DNA of 64,000 nucleotides from Longimicrobiales bacterium (GTDB lineage Bacteria > Gemmatimonadota > Gemmatimonadetes > Longimicrobiales > Gaopeijiaceae). The stretch spans positions 256,001-320,000 of the forward strand of contig JAWLHJ010000003.1 in the NCBI GenBank assembly GCA_041690395.1, read 5' to 3'. The stretch's first letter is position 1; each line of letters begins with the position of its first letter. Below the pieces are notes generated by a model. It had not been told where the DNA came from, ran no database searches, and was given only the letters and a program-made list of their open reading frames with translations. The position numbers were made by a program, and so were the translations under genes. Shown in pieces: positions 38,026-47,678 of the stretch.

Positions 38026-39753
38026 TCACCCCCCTGCCGCGTGCCCGTCCTTGCGCGGGTCGGACCCGGCGGCGTACCCGCGCTCGAGCTTCATGATGGC
38101 CTGGGCACCTCCGTAGCTCAGACGCCCGGCATCGCCCACCTCGTGACCCATGGCGGCGAGCTCGGCGCGCACCTCGTCCGTGATCGGAGGCTCGAGCGTG
38201 ATCCGCAGCCCCCCGGAGTGCTGGATGCGCGCTGCATCGATGGCGCCCTGCAGGTCCATGTCGAACTCCAGCAGGTTGAGCATCACCTGCACGTGGCCCT
38301 GCGGCTGGAATCCACCGCCCATGACGCCGTAGCTGAGCCAGGGCTCCTCTCCCGCTTCGGTCTCGCGGGTGACGAACGCGGGGATGATGGTGTGGAAGGG
38401 CCTCTTGCCGGCGGCGATCGTGTTCGGGTGTCCCTCCTCCAGCGTGAATCCCGCCCCGCGGTTGTGGAGCATGATCCCGGTCCCGGGGACGACGACGCCC
38501 GAGCCGAAGTAGCCGTAGATGCTGTTGATGAGCGACACCATGTTGCCCTCGGAGTCCGCGACACTGAGGTAGATCGTCTCGCTGTCGGTCAGGAAGCTGC
38601 CGGGGTCCACCCGCTCCGCAGGCCGTTCCAGGTCGATGAGCGCGGCGCGCTCGGCCAGGTACTCCTCGGAGAGAAGCTCCTCCGGGGACACGAGCATGTG
38701 GTCCGGATCCGAGATGTGTTCGGACAAGTCGGCGTACGCCAGCTTCTTCACCTCGGTCATGAGGTGGATGTACTCGGCCGAGTTGTGCTCCATGGCGCCC
38801 ACGTCGAAGCCGTCGAGCATCCGGAGCATCTGGAGCGCCGCGATCCCCTGGTTCGGGGGCGGAAGCTGGTACATGCGGTAGCCGCGGAAGGGCACCGAGA
38901 TCGGATCCACCCACTCGACCTCGTGCGCGGAGAGGTCCTCGAGCGTCACGAAGCCACCGAGCTCCTGGAGGCCTTCGACGATCCGGGCGCCGAGCGCACC
39001 ACCGTAGAACGCGCCTATTCCCTGGCTGGCGACAGTCCGCAAGGAAGACGCCAGATCCGGATTCCGGTGCCACTCACCCGCCTCCGGCGGTCTCTCGCCG
39101 TCGAAGAGATAGACGGCGGTCGCCCCTTCGTTGCGCTGGAGCTTCTCGACCTGTCGCGACCAGTCCTCGGCGATGATGGGCGTGACCGGGAAGCCCCCCT
39201 CGGCGAGACGGATCGCGGGCTGCAGCGCTTCGGCGAGCGTAAGCGTGCCGTGCCGCTCGAGGAGCGCGGCCCATCCCGCGAGCGACCCCGGAACCGTGAC
39301 GGCTTCGGCCCCGCTGCCCGGCATCCGCTCGTGACCGCGGGCGACGAGCGTGTCGCGGGACGCGAGCGACCCGGCCCGCCCGATGGAGCGCATGCCGATG
39401 AGCCTGCCCTCGTCGGCGTCCCATGACAACGTGAAGACGTCGCCCCCGATACCGGTCATGTGGGGCTCCACGACGTTCAGGACCATGGCCGCGACCACCG
39501 CCGCGTCGTAGGCGTTGCCGCCCTCCTCCAACACGCGGAGCGCGGCGGACGTGGCGAGCGGCTGGCTGGTCGCCACCGCGTGGTTCGGCGCGTAGACCGT
39601 GGAGCGCCTGGCCAGGGTGGTGGGGCGAGGGCCTTCCTCTCCGCTGGATGCCTGGCTCTCGGACGACGGCGCCTGACAGCCGAGGAGGAGGCCGCTGGCG
39701 AGGAGCGCGGTCGCGGCAGCGGAGAGAAGCGTGGAGCTGAAGCGTCGGGACAT
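38026..39753 (-). CDS. ggt: Gamma-glutamyltransferase (lipoprotein)
   Basis: GGNAYDAAV, VVEPHMTGIGGD, SE-TIYL autocleavage Thr, KRPFHTIIP, GVMGGGFQPQGH, GSDPRKDG. Confidence 0.95.
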   Translation of the reverse strand: MSRRFSSTLLSAAATALLASGLLLGCQAPSSESQASSGEEGPRPTTLARRSTVYAPNHAVATSQPLATSAALRVLEEGGNAYDAAVVAAMVLNVVEPHMTGIGGDVFTLSWDADEGRLIGMRSIGRAGSLASRDTLVARGHERMPGSGAEAVTVPGSLAGWAALLERHGTLTLAEALQPAIRLAEGGFPVTPIIAEDWSRQVEKLQRNEGATAVYLFDGERPPEAGEWHRNPDLASSLRTVASQGIGAFYGGALGARIVEGLQELGGFVTLEDLSAHEVEWVDPISVPFRGYRMYQLPPPNQGIAALQMLRMLDGFDVGAMEHNSAEYIHLMTEVKKLAYADLSEHISDPDHMLVSPEELLSEEYLAERAALIDLERPAERVDPGSFLTDSETIYLSVADSEGNMVSLINSIYGYFGSGVVVPGTGIMLHNRGAGFTLEEGHPNTIAAGKRPFHTIIPAFVTRETEAGEEPWLSYGVMGGGFQPQGHVQVMLNLLEFDMDLQGAIDAARIQHSGGLRITLEPPITDEVRAELAAMGHEVGDAGRLSYGGAQAIMKLERGYAAGSDPRKDGHAAGG

Positions 39754-39968
39754 GGAGACCTCTGGCGGCATCGGGTCGGGACCTGGTGGGTCCGCTCGAG
39801 CCCGGAGAATGCGCCCGCGACCGCCGTTCACGCAATCCGGGATCCCGGTCGGAGGATGCGAGCAGCGCCACCCGACCCATGTCCGGACGCGCGACACACC
39901 GTATACTCTTGCCGATCCCGCGACCCAGACGCGCGAGCCACACACCCCGGACCCGGACGGCAGCCTCC

Positions 39969-41048
39969 GTGCGTACCCAGAGCCTCACCCCGATCGCCCT
40001 TCTCGTCGCCATGCTCGTTGCCGTGGCTCCACTCAGCAACGTCGCGGCCCAGAGCACGGCGCCCTACAAGCTCGGCATGTTCCGCGACGCCGGCCGGGCG
40101 TTCGTCGGCATCGTGGTGGACGAGCAGGTCGTCATCGACCTGGGCCGGGCCGAGCCGGACGCGCCGGAGACGCTGAAGGCCCTGATCGGCCGGTGGGACT
40201 CGGGGTGGGCGGAACGGATCGGGAGACTGGCTGCCGCATCCCGACAGGATCCGCCGGCGTACGCGTTCCCATTGAGCCACGTCACCACCCTCCCACCGCT
40301 CGACGACCCCGAAGTGCTCCTGATGGCCGCGCGCAACTACGTGGAGCATGCCGAGGAGATGGCCGCGGTGGGGCGCGCCTCCGGCACCACGAGCGTCATC
40401 GACGAGAGCGTGCGGGTCGGGCTGCCGGGCATCTGGCAGCGGGACCAGGCGGACGACCGGCCGAACCCGTACCTCTTTCCGAAGCTCAAGACGGCGATCT
40501 CGGCCACCGGCGACCCGATCGTGCTGCCGCCCGGCCGCCCGATGATCGACTTCGAGTGCGAGTTGGTCGCGGTGATCGGACGAACGACGCGCCGGGTCGC
40601 GGTCGATGAGGCGCTGGACCACGTCTTCGGATACATGGCCATGGTCGACGTTTCCGACCGGCAGGAACGGGACGACGGCCGCTACGGCTCGGACTGGTTC
40701 ATGGGCAAGAGCCACGACTCGTTCGGGCCGAGCGGGCCGTTCGTGGTGCCGGCGGAGTTCGTCGGCGACCCCCAGGATCTCGCCATCGAGTACCGCCTGA
40801 ACGGCAACGTCATGCAGGACGCGAGCACGGCCCTGATGGTGCATACGGTGCGCGACCTCGTCTCGTTCGCGTCGCACATTGTGACGCTCGTGCCCGGTGA
40901 CATGGTCGGGACCGGCACGCCCGGCGGGGTCGGCGAGGGACGGACGCCCCCCGTCTACCTGAAGGCGGGCGACCAGAGCATGTGCACCATCGAGCGGATC
41001 GGGACGATTCGGAACCCGGTGGTGGCTGCGCCGGCGGGGTCGTTCTGA
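39969..41048 (+). CDS. Fumarylacetoacetate hydrolase family protein with signal peptide
   Basis: RNYVEHAEEM, FPK, DFECEL, DVSDR, GKSHDSFGPSGP, TLVPGD-GTGTPGGVG. Confidence 0.9.
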   Translation: MRTQSLTPIALLVAMLVAVAPLSNVAAQSTAPYKLGMFRDAGRAFVGIVVDEQVVIDLGRAEPDAPETLKALIGRWDSGWAERIGRLAAASRQDPPAYAFPLSHVTTLPPLDDPEVLLMAARNYVEHAEEMAAVGRASGTTSVIDESVRVGLPGIWQRDQADDRPNPYLFPKLKTAISATGDPIVLPPGRPMIDFECELVAVIGRTTRRVAVDEALDHVFGYMAMVDVSDRQERDDGRYGSDWFMGKSHDSFGPSGPFVVPAEFVGDPQDLAIEYRLNGNVMQDASTALMVHTVRDLVSFASHIVTLVPGDMVGTGTPGGVGEGRTPPVYLKAGDQSMCTIERIGTIRNPVVAAPAGSF

Positions 41049-41062
41049 GCGTGCGGGCTGGC

Positions 41063-41635
41063 ATGCCGCCGTCCGAGAGGCGGCGGGCCCGAGCTTGGGT
41101 CCGCCTCGCCCTCCTTCTGCTCGTCGCGGCCTCATGGGGCTGCTCGGGAGAAGTCCCGGAGCGACCTGCCGAAGCCCCCGAGGTGGATACGACCGTCTCG
41201 GAAGCCGCCGCTCCTCCCGAGCCGCTGGCGGACGCATCTCCGGACACAGGGGCCCCCGTCTTCGACGAGCCGGTGATCGTCTTCGCGACCGCGGGTGCCG
41301 ATGAGCTGGAATCCGTACGGTCGGACATGGGAGACGAGGACTTCTACGCGATGGCGGACGACCTGATGTGGTACAGGGCGATGGCGGAGGATGTCCTCGC
41401 TGGCCAGGACATCCGGGTGGCGCGCGTCGAGGGCCGTTCCGGGCTCCGCTTTCTCGTCGAGGGTGAGGCGCGCCTCCACGCATTCCGGGACGAGCCGACA
41501 TTGGACCTCATCGTGCTCTATCGGCCCGGTGCCGAGCCGGTGGCCGTACCCCCGATCGAGCTCTCCGTGGATCCGGAGTTGGTCGCGCGGTACTTCGCCG
41601 ACTCCGTCGGCCCGGACCCGGCGCCTGGACGCTGA
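41063..41635 (+). CDS. Hypothetical lipoprotein
   Basis: Lipobox SWGC; acidic mature region with EDFYAMADDLMWY. Confidence 0.6.
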   Translation: MPPSERRRARAWVRLALLLLVAASWGCSGEVPERPAEAPEVDTTVSEAAAPPEPLADASPDTGAPVFDEPVIVFATAGADELESVRSDMGDEDFYAMADDLMWYRAMAEDVLAGQDIRVARVEGRSGLRFLVEGEARLHAFRDEPTLDLIVLYRPGAEPVAVPPIELSVDPELVARYFADSVGPDPAPGR

Positions 41636-41787
41636 GGGACGAGCGAGGTCCGCGTGGCGCGGACGACCGTGCGGCCCCCGACGTCTGTGCGGCGATCGGT
41701 GCGCGTCGAGTTGGCGCGACACCCGGGTCCGGCCTATCCTCCGGGCGCCTCGCAGCGCCTGTTCCCCGACGAGTCCGGAGTCTCCGC

Positions 41788-42828
41788 TTGCAGTGCCGTC
41801 CGCTAGCCCACGCCCTGACGCTCTCCCTGGCGATCGCCGCCTGCGGCCCGGGCGCCGCGCCCGCCGATTCGGACAGCGCGCCCGCCGAGCGCCCCGGCGA
41901 GCCACTCCGCCCCTCGATGACGGCGCACGACGTCCTCCCCTGGGCCTTCACCCTGAACGACCCACCGGTCGAGGGGGCTCCGTCGCCCGATCCGGACGAG
42001 GTCGTGACGGTCCCGGGCTCGGACCTCACGGTCCGGCGCGCCGACATCAGCATCGACAACGGCCCGCCGGATTGGCACCCGGACGGCCACCCGCCGATGC
42101 CCGACGTCGTGGCGAGCGGCGGCGGCGAGGGAGTGTTGGCCTGCGCGTACTGCCATCTTCCCAACGGCCAGGGCAAGCCGGAGAACGCCGGCCTGGCGGG
42201 CCAGCCCTTCGACTACCTGGTGCAGCAGATGGAGGACTACCGGAACGGCCTCCGCCGAACTGGTGATCCGCGCATGGGCCCGCCCACGCTCATGATGGGC
42301 ATCGGGGCCGCCGCCACCGACGAGCAGGCCCGGGTCGCGGCCGAGTACTTTTCGTCGATCGATTTCAAACCGTGGATCCGGGTGATCGAGACCGACTCCG
42401 TGCCCGTCACGCGCATCGGGGGATGGCTGCACGAGGTGGTGGAGGACGCCGGCATGGAGCCGATCGGCACGCGGGTGGTCGAGACCCCCGAGGACCTCGC
42501 GCGGACCAAGCTGCGCGACGACGCGTCGGGCTTCGTCGCCTACGTGCCGCGCGGGGCGATCGCGCGGGGGGAGCGCCTGGTCCGGACCGGAGGCGCCGAT
42601 GGGCGGACGGTCGCGTGCACCACCTGTCACGGTGACGACCTGCGCGGCCTGGGTCCGATCCCCGCCCTGGCGGGGCGCTCCCCGAGCTACATGGCCCGCC
42701 AGCTCTACGACCTGAGGGTCGGGAACCGCGACGGCGCGTGGTCCGATCTCATGGACGCGGCGGTGGAGAACCTCACGGTGGAGGACGTCGTCGACATCGT
42801 CGCTTATACGGCGAGCCTCACCCCCTAG
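41788..42828 (+). CDS. Diheme c4-type cytochrome c (lipoprotein)
   Basis: CAYCH and CTTCH; LAGQ..YL..Q and LAGRSPSYMARQL; lipobox IAAC; TTG start. Confidence 0.9.
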   Translation: MQCRPLAHALTLSLAIAACGPGAAPADSDSAPAERPGEPLRPSMTAHDVLPWAFTLNDPPVEGAPSPDPDEVVTVPGSDLTVRRADISIDNGPPDWHPDGHPPMPDVVASGGGEGVLACAYCHLPNGQGKPENAGLAGQPFDYLVQQMEDYRNGLRRTGDPRMGPPTLMMGIGAAATDEQARVAAEYFSSIDFKPWIRVIETDSVPVTRIGGWLHEVVEDAGMEPIGTRVVETPEDLARTKLRDDASGFVAYVPRGAIARGERLVRTGGADGRTVACTTCHGDDLRGLGPIPALAGRSPSYMARQLYDLRVGNRDGAWSDLMDAAVENLTVEDVVDIVAYTASLTP

Positions 42829-43337
42829 GGTGGCGCGGCCTCCCACACGTACAGGACGTGAGGGAGGCCCGCGTGCGTCAGCTTACGCTCGTAACCGAGA
42901 CCGACCTTCTCGAGCACCCGCTGTGACGCCCGGTTCGTGGTGAGCGTGATACCGACGACACGAGACAGCCCCACGGTCTCACGCGCGAGCCGGACGCCCG
43001 CCTCGGCGATCTCGGTCGCGAAGCCCCCGCCCCACCGCTCACGAACGACGGCGTAACCCACCTCGACCTCCAGCGCGCCCTCGACCTCCAGGTACCGGAT
43101 CCCGCCGCGTCCCACGAACGCGCCCGTCTCGAGGTCATGCGCCATCCACCAGCCGAAGCCATGCCGTCGCCAGTGGTCCTCCTGCGCCATGGCATAGCCC
43201 ATGGTCTCCTTCTCCGAGCGCAGGCCACCCAGAGTGGCCATGACCTCGGGATCGCCATCGAGCTCACGGAACTCCACCCAGTCCTCGGCACGGATCGGAC
43301 GAAGGGAGAGGCGGTCGGTCGTGAGGCCCTCGGTCAT
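42825..43337 (-). CDS. GNAT N-acetyltransferase (RimJ/RimL-like)
   Basis: TDRLSLRP, EVEVGY..WGGGFATE, NRASQRVLEKVG. Confidence 0.9.
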   Translation of the reverse strand: MTEGLTTDRLSLRPIRAEDWVEFRELDGDPEVMATLGGLRSEKETMGYAMAQEDHWRRHGFGWWMAHDLETGAFVGRGGIRYLEVEGALEVEVGYAVVRERWGGGFATEIAEAGVRLARETVGLSRVVGITLTTNRASQRVLEKVGLGYERKLTHAGLPHVLYVWEAAPP

Positions 43338-43777
43338 GCCCCGAACACGACGCTGCCCGTGTAGCTGACCATCCACTGCACACCGAAGCGATCCCGGCAG
43401 CTTCCGTACTTCTCCGCCCATTCCGTCCGGCTCAACGCCATCTCGACGGTCCCCGCCTCCGAGAGGCCCTCGAAAACCCGCTCGGCGTCGTCCGGGCTGT
43501 CGAGCTCCAGGTGGATGTAGCTGTTCGTGCCGACGACGAACCCCTCTCGCCACGCCCCGATCACGTCGGTCCCCATGAGGGTCGTTCCGTTCCCGAGGGC
43601 GAGCCCGATGTTGGCGATGAGATCCAGCTCCGCGTCGGGAACGTCCATCGGGTCTTCGGGGAAGTCGCGATACCGGAACGGCCCGATGAGCTCCCCTCCC
43701 AGCACGGAGCGGTAGAAGTCGAACGCCTCTTCCGTGTTGCCGGGAAAGTTGAGGTACGGATTGACGGCCTTGATCAT
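43334..43777 (-). CDS. VOC family protein (PhnB-like)
   Basis: NPYLNFPGNTEEAFDFY, DRFGVQWM; GAGGAG RBS. Confidence 0.9.
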   Translation of the reverse strand: MIKAVNPYLNFPGNTEEAFDFYRSVLGGELIGPFRYRDFPEDPMDVPDAELDLIANIGLALGNGTTLMGTDVIGAWREGFVVGTNSYIHLELDSPDDAERVFEGLSEAGTVEMALSRTEWAEKYGSCRDRFGVQWMVSYTGSVVFGA

Positions 43778-43965
43778 GGTGAGCTCCTCTGATTGTGGGC
43801 GCGCGGCCCTTGCGACGGGTTCTCCCGGTAGTCGTTCGACCGTGCCGCAATTCGACGATACCTCCGAGGCATCGATTCCGCCCACTTCCGCTGTCGAAAT
43901 CACCCGCTCTCACTCGACCATGGGATGAATCCGACCAACCCCAGCGAGGAGCCGACCCGTAACCC

Positions 43966-44466
43966 ATGCCCCATATCAACCTGACCCCGTGCCTCTGGTT
44001 CTCCGACGAGGCTGAAGAAGCCGCCGACGCCTACACGGCCATCTTCCCCAACTCCCGCATCGTGCGCGTGACCCGGTACGGCCGCGAGGGTCACGACCTG
44101 CACGGGCGCCCGGAAGGCTCCGTGATGACGGTCGACTTCGAGCTCGACGGCCATCCTCTGACCGCGCTGAACGGCGGACCCCATTTCACGTTCAACGAGG
44201 CGATCTCGCTACAGATCTTCTGTGATACCCAGGACGAGATCGACCGATATTGGGACGCCCTCGCGCAGGACGGCGATCCGCTGGCTCGGCAGTGCGGGTG
44301 GCTCAAGGACCGCTTCGGCGTGTCCTGGCAGGTGATTCCCAGGGGTCTGGATGCCCTCATCGCCGACCCGGACTCCCCCGCCTGCCAGAGGGCGATGTAT
44401 GCCCTTCTCCGCATGGAGAAGATCGACCTCGGAGCGATCCGGGCGGCGCACGCGGGAACGGCCTGA
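43966..44466 (+). CDS. VOC family protein (PhnB / 3-demethylubiquinone-9 methyltransferase-like)
   Basis: TPCLWF, ALNGGPHFTFNEAISLQ, CGWLKDRFGVSWQ. Confidence 0.92.
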   Translation: MPHINLTPCLWFSDEAEEAADAYTAIFPNSRIVRVTRYGREGHDLHGRPEGSVMTVDFELDGHPLTALNGGPHFTFNEAISLQIFCDTQDEIDRYWDALAQDGDPLARQCGWLKDRFGVSWQVIPRGLDALIADPDSPACQRAMYALLRMEKIDLGAIRAAHAGTA

Positions 44467-44550
44467 AGGCGATCCGCGAAGGCTGTCGCGAAGCGCGCCC
44501 GGGCCTTAGTCTCCCGGACCGGAAAATCATCCCGTGCTTCAGGAGATCGC

Positions 44551-45468
44551 ATGAAGAGGAAGGTCATGGTTCTGGCGACGCTCGCGTTCGCCGCCGCAGG
44601 GTGCTCGAGCGACGCCCAGGACGCCCAGCCCGAAGGACCGAGCGCCCAGGAGATCGCCGCGTCGGCCGCCGAGCGACAGGCCGAGCTCGACGCCGTCGAA
44701 CGGCCCATCGCGGCGCTGAACAGCCTGTGGCTGGAGGAGCTGACCTGGATCGAGATCCGGGACGCCGTGCGCGAGGGCAACACGACGGCGCTCATCCTCA
44801 CCGGTGGCGTCGAGTCGAACGGACCGTACCTCGCCTCCGGCAAGCACAACTACTCGAACCGGCTCATGGGCGAGTCCGTCGCCGAGGCGCTCGGAAATGC
44901 CTTGATCGCGCCGCTCGTCACCATCGAGCCCGGTCGCCCGAGCGGCCCGGTCACCGTCGGAAACACCGGCCCCATGGTCTCGCAGGACACCTACGTACGC
45001 TGGCTCGTCGACCTCGGGGACAGCCTCCGGGGGATGGGCTTCACCGAGATCTACTACATGGGGGACAGCGGCGGGAACCAGCGCGGACAGCAGGCGGCCG
45101 CGGATACCCTGAACGCCCGCTATGGGGGATCGCCGGCTGTGTTCCATCACGTGGCGGAGTTCTACAACCACGAGGAGGTCCGTCGCTGGATCCAGGAGGA
45201 TCTCGGCATCCCGGAGGAGATCGAGTACTCCGCGAGCCGCGGGTCCGACGGCATCCACGACGAGCTGTCGATCTCGGCGGTCATGTCCGTGCTCGATCCG
45301 ACGACGATCCGCTATGAGCAGCGGGTCGCCGAGGGGCTGGCGTCGATCAACGGCATCAGCCTCGAACCGCTGTCCGGGACGCAGGACCTGGGAAGACGGG
45401 TCATCGAGTACCGCACCGGTATCACCGTCGACGCCATCGAGGCGTTCCGCGCCGATCGAGGGCGCTGA
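44551..45468 (+). CDS. Creatininase family protein (lipoprotein)
   Basis: LEELTWIEIRD, TGGVESNGPYL..GKHN, GDSGGNQ, DGIHD; lipobox AAGC. Confidence 0.85.
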   Translation: MKRKVMVLATLAFAAAGCSSDAQDAQPEGPSAQEIAASAAERQAELDAVERPIAALNSLWLEELTWIEIRDAVREGNTTALILTGGVESNGPYLASGKHNYSNRLMGESVAEALGNALIAPLVTIEPGRPSGPVTVGNTGPMVSQDTYVRWLVDLGDSLRGMGFTEIYYMGDSGGNQRGQQAAADTLNARYGGSPAVFHHVAEFYNHEEVRRWIQEDLGIPEEIEYSASRGSDGIHDELSISAVMSVLDPTTIRYEQRVAEGLASINGISLEPLSGTQDLGRRVIEYRTGITVDAIEAFRADRGR

Positions 45469-45538
45469 GTTCCACGGGAGGCCCGTCGGCCCGGATCGGC
45501 CCGACGGGCGACCCCACCCCCACCCATTCAATCGACCC

Positions 45539-46000
45539 ATGTCCCAGGTAGAAATCCAGGTCGCCAGAGACTTTCCAGGCACCGCCGAGGTGGCCTACGG
45601 AATCCTCGCCGACTATCACGAGGGGCACCCCTCGATCCTCCCGACCCGGTACTTCACGCACCTCACGGTCGAGCGTGGCGGCCACGGTGCGGGAACGGTC
45701 ATCCGATTCGGGTTGAAGCTCGCCGGCCGGGTGCAGGAAGCCCGGGCGACCGTGTCGGAACCCGAGCCGGGACGCGTGCTCGTGGAGCGCGTGGAGGACT
45801 CGAGAGGCACCGAGACGACGTTCACCGTCGAGCCGCTTCCCGACCGGCACGTACGCGTCACCATCCGGACCGTGTGGACGGCTCGTGGGCTCTCGGGAGC
45901 CTTCGAGCGCTGGCTCGCCCCGCGACTCCTACGCCCGATCTACCGAGAGGAGCTCGAAAACCTGGAAGGTGTGGTGCGGGAGCGCCTCAGTACGCCATAG
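45539..46000 (+). CDS. SRPBCC (polyketide cyclase/dehydrase-like) protein
   Basis: LADY..GHPSILP, GGHGAGT, EPEPGRVLVE, IYREEL. Confidence 0.85.
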   Translation: MSQVEIQVARDFPGTAEVAYGILADYHEGHPSILPTRYFTHLTVERGGHGAGTVIRFGLKLAGRVQEARATVSEPEPGRVLVERVEDSRGTETTFTVEPLPDRHVRVTIRTVWTARGLSGAFERWLAPRLLRPIYREELENLEGVVRERLSTP

Positions 46001-47000
46001 CGTAGATGATGAGGTTCAGGAAGAGCCGGGACGCGAACGTCGAATAGGACAGCGGATAGCTCGGAGACTCCGCCCACTCGAGCGCGTCGCCGAGGTCGGT
46101 GTTCCAGTTGATGGCGACGATGAGCCGGCCGTTCCGGTCGAAGATGCCACGAAGATGCGCCTCATAGCCGTCGCGCTCCCACGTTCGAGCGCCGGGGATG
46201 CCGCGGGCGACCGCCTGGCCGTTGCCGACGTTCGGAACCTGGACGATGTCCTCGTCGATCTCGTAGTAGGAACGGAAGACGGCGTGGTCGCGCGGTACGT
46301 CGACGATGGAATGTTCGGGGAGCACGCGGCTCAGCTGGTACTCGACGTTGCGCCACTCGGCGGTCCCCCAGAAGTCGTCGAGCATCAGAAAGCCACCGGC
46401 GAGCAGATAGTCGCGCAGTCCCCGGACCTCGGCGTCCGTGAGGTCTGCGTACCCCCACTCCAGGCTGTAGAGGAACGGGTAGCGACGGAGGTCCGGATCG
46501 GCGAGTGAGATCGGGCGCTCCCACTCGCAGGCGTCCAGGTTGGACAAGCGTGTGGCGACACGGGCCATGACACGGTCGGCGTTCGGATAGTCGATCGACC
46601 ATCCGGGGCCGCGGTCTCCGAGACGGTCCCCGCCCCCACCGAAATAACCCCCTCCCCGGTAGCCGGTGTACATGGCCCGGGCGAAGTAGAACTGATAGGG
46701 TCGGGCCGGCTCGCCCGGCGGCGGCTTGAAGTAGCCTTCGGGCATGACCTCCATCTCGGAGAGGCGCCTGGGGCCCGGCCCGCACGTCCATGCCGTCGAC
46801 GACGGCGGGAGGAGCGGCGGGGTCGCGCGCGCCGCATGGAGCGACGGAGGGGTGGCCGATGCGCGGAACGCCGAGCCCGCGACCACCGGAGTGCGGCTCT
46901 CTGCGACGCCCGGCGCCGTCCGCCAGGCCCCCGCGATCCCGCCCGCGGTCGCGAGCACGGCGGCCAGGCCGGCCCCCACCCACAGCACACGCCCCTTCAT
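45987..47000 (-). CDS. DUF4159 domain protein
   Basis: W-IDYP-AD, YPFLY, LRDYLLAGGFLMLDDFWG, NTDLGDALEW, NLIIYAM. Confidence 0.88.
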   Translation of the reverse strand: MKGRVLWVGAGLAAVLATAGGIAGAWRTAPGVAESRTPVVAGSAFRASATPPSLHAARATPPLLPPSSTAWTCGPGPRRLSEMEVMPEGYFKPPPGEPARPYQFYFARAMYTGYRGGGYFGGGGDRLGDRGPGWSIDYPNADRVMARVATRLSNLDACEWERPISLADPDLRRYPFLYSLEWGYADLTDAEVRGLRDYLLAGGFLMLDDFWGTAEWRNVEYQLSRVLPEHSIVDVPRDHAVFRSYYEIDEDIVQVPNVGNGQAVARGIPGARTWERDGYEAHLRGIFDRNGRLIVAINWNTDLGDALEWAESPSYPLSYSTFASRLFLNLIIYAMAY

Positions 47001-47190
47001 CGGGGACGACTCCTGGCGGGCGTGACGCTTTCCGGCATGTCCACCACTCCTTGGGGGCAACGTTCAAGTCCCTACACCCTTCGCCACTCCGGGGTCGCAC
47101 GATCCGTGCCCTTCCAAGGACCGGGTGCGGCACCCTCCGCCCCACGCGGAGTATCATGCGCACGTCGACCACTACCCGAGAGCCCCCCGG

Positions 47191-47673
47191 ATGCCGGCAC
47201 CTCCGTACCTGACATCCCGTCTCGACCGACGGCCCGCGACATCGGCCGCGGCACGATACCGCCCTCGGCGCCCCGCCCGCGCCGCTGCGCGGGTGACCCT
47301 GGCCGCCCTGGCGCTCGCCTCCGCCGCCTGCGCCAGAGGCGTGGAAACGCCCGACTTCAGGGGAACGCGCACCACTCAGGCGGCGCCCATCCAGGTAGAC
47401 GTCCACAACCTCAACTACGCTGACATCACCGTCCATGCAAGCCGTGACGGCGCGTGGCGAAGGATCGGGCAGGTCACCGGTAATACCGAGCAGACCCTGC
47501 AGGTGCCAGCGGACATCGGCTCACCGGCCGGATATCTCCGGTTGCGCGTACACGCGATCGGGTCGCCCGACGCGAGCGACTTCGTCACGGACGGCATCAT
47601 GGCGGGCGGCGGGGACATCGTCGAACTGCGTGTGGCCCCGGTGCTCCGCATGTCGAGCTGGTCGGTCCGATAG
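47191..47673 (+). CDS. Hypothetical lipoprotein
   Basis: Lipobox SAAC; VHNLNYADITVH..RRIGQVTG; start uncertain. Confidence 0.6.
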   Translation: MPAPPYLTSRLDRRPATSAAARYRPRRPARAAARVTLAALALASAACARGVETPDFRGTRTTQAAPIQVDVHNLNYADITVHASRDGAWRRIGQVTGNTEQTLQVPADIGSPAGYLRLRVHAIGSPDASDFVTDGIMAGGGDIVELRVAPVLRMSSWSVR

Positions 47674-47678
47674 CCTGA

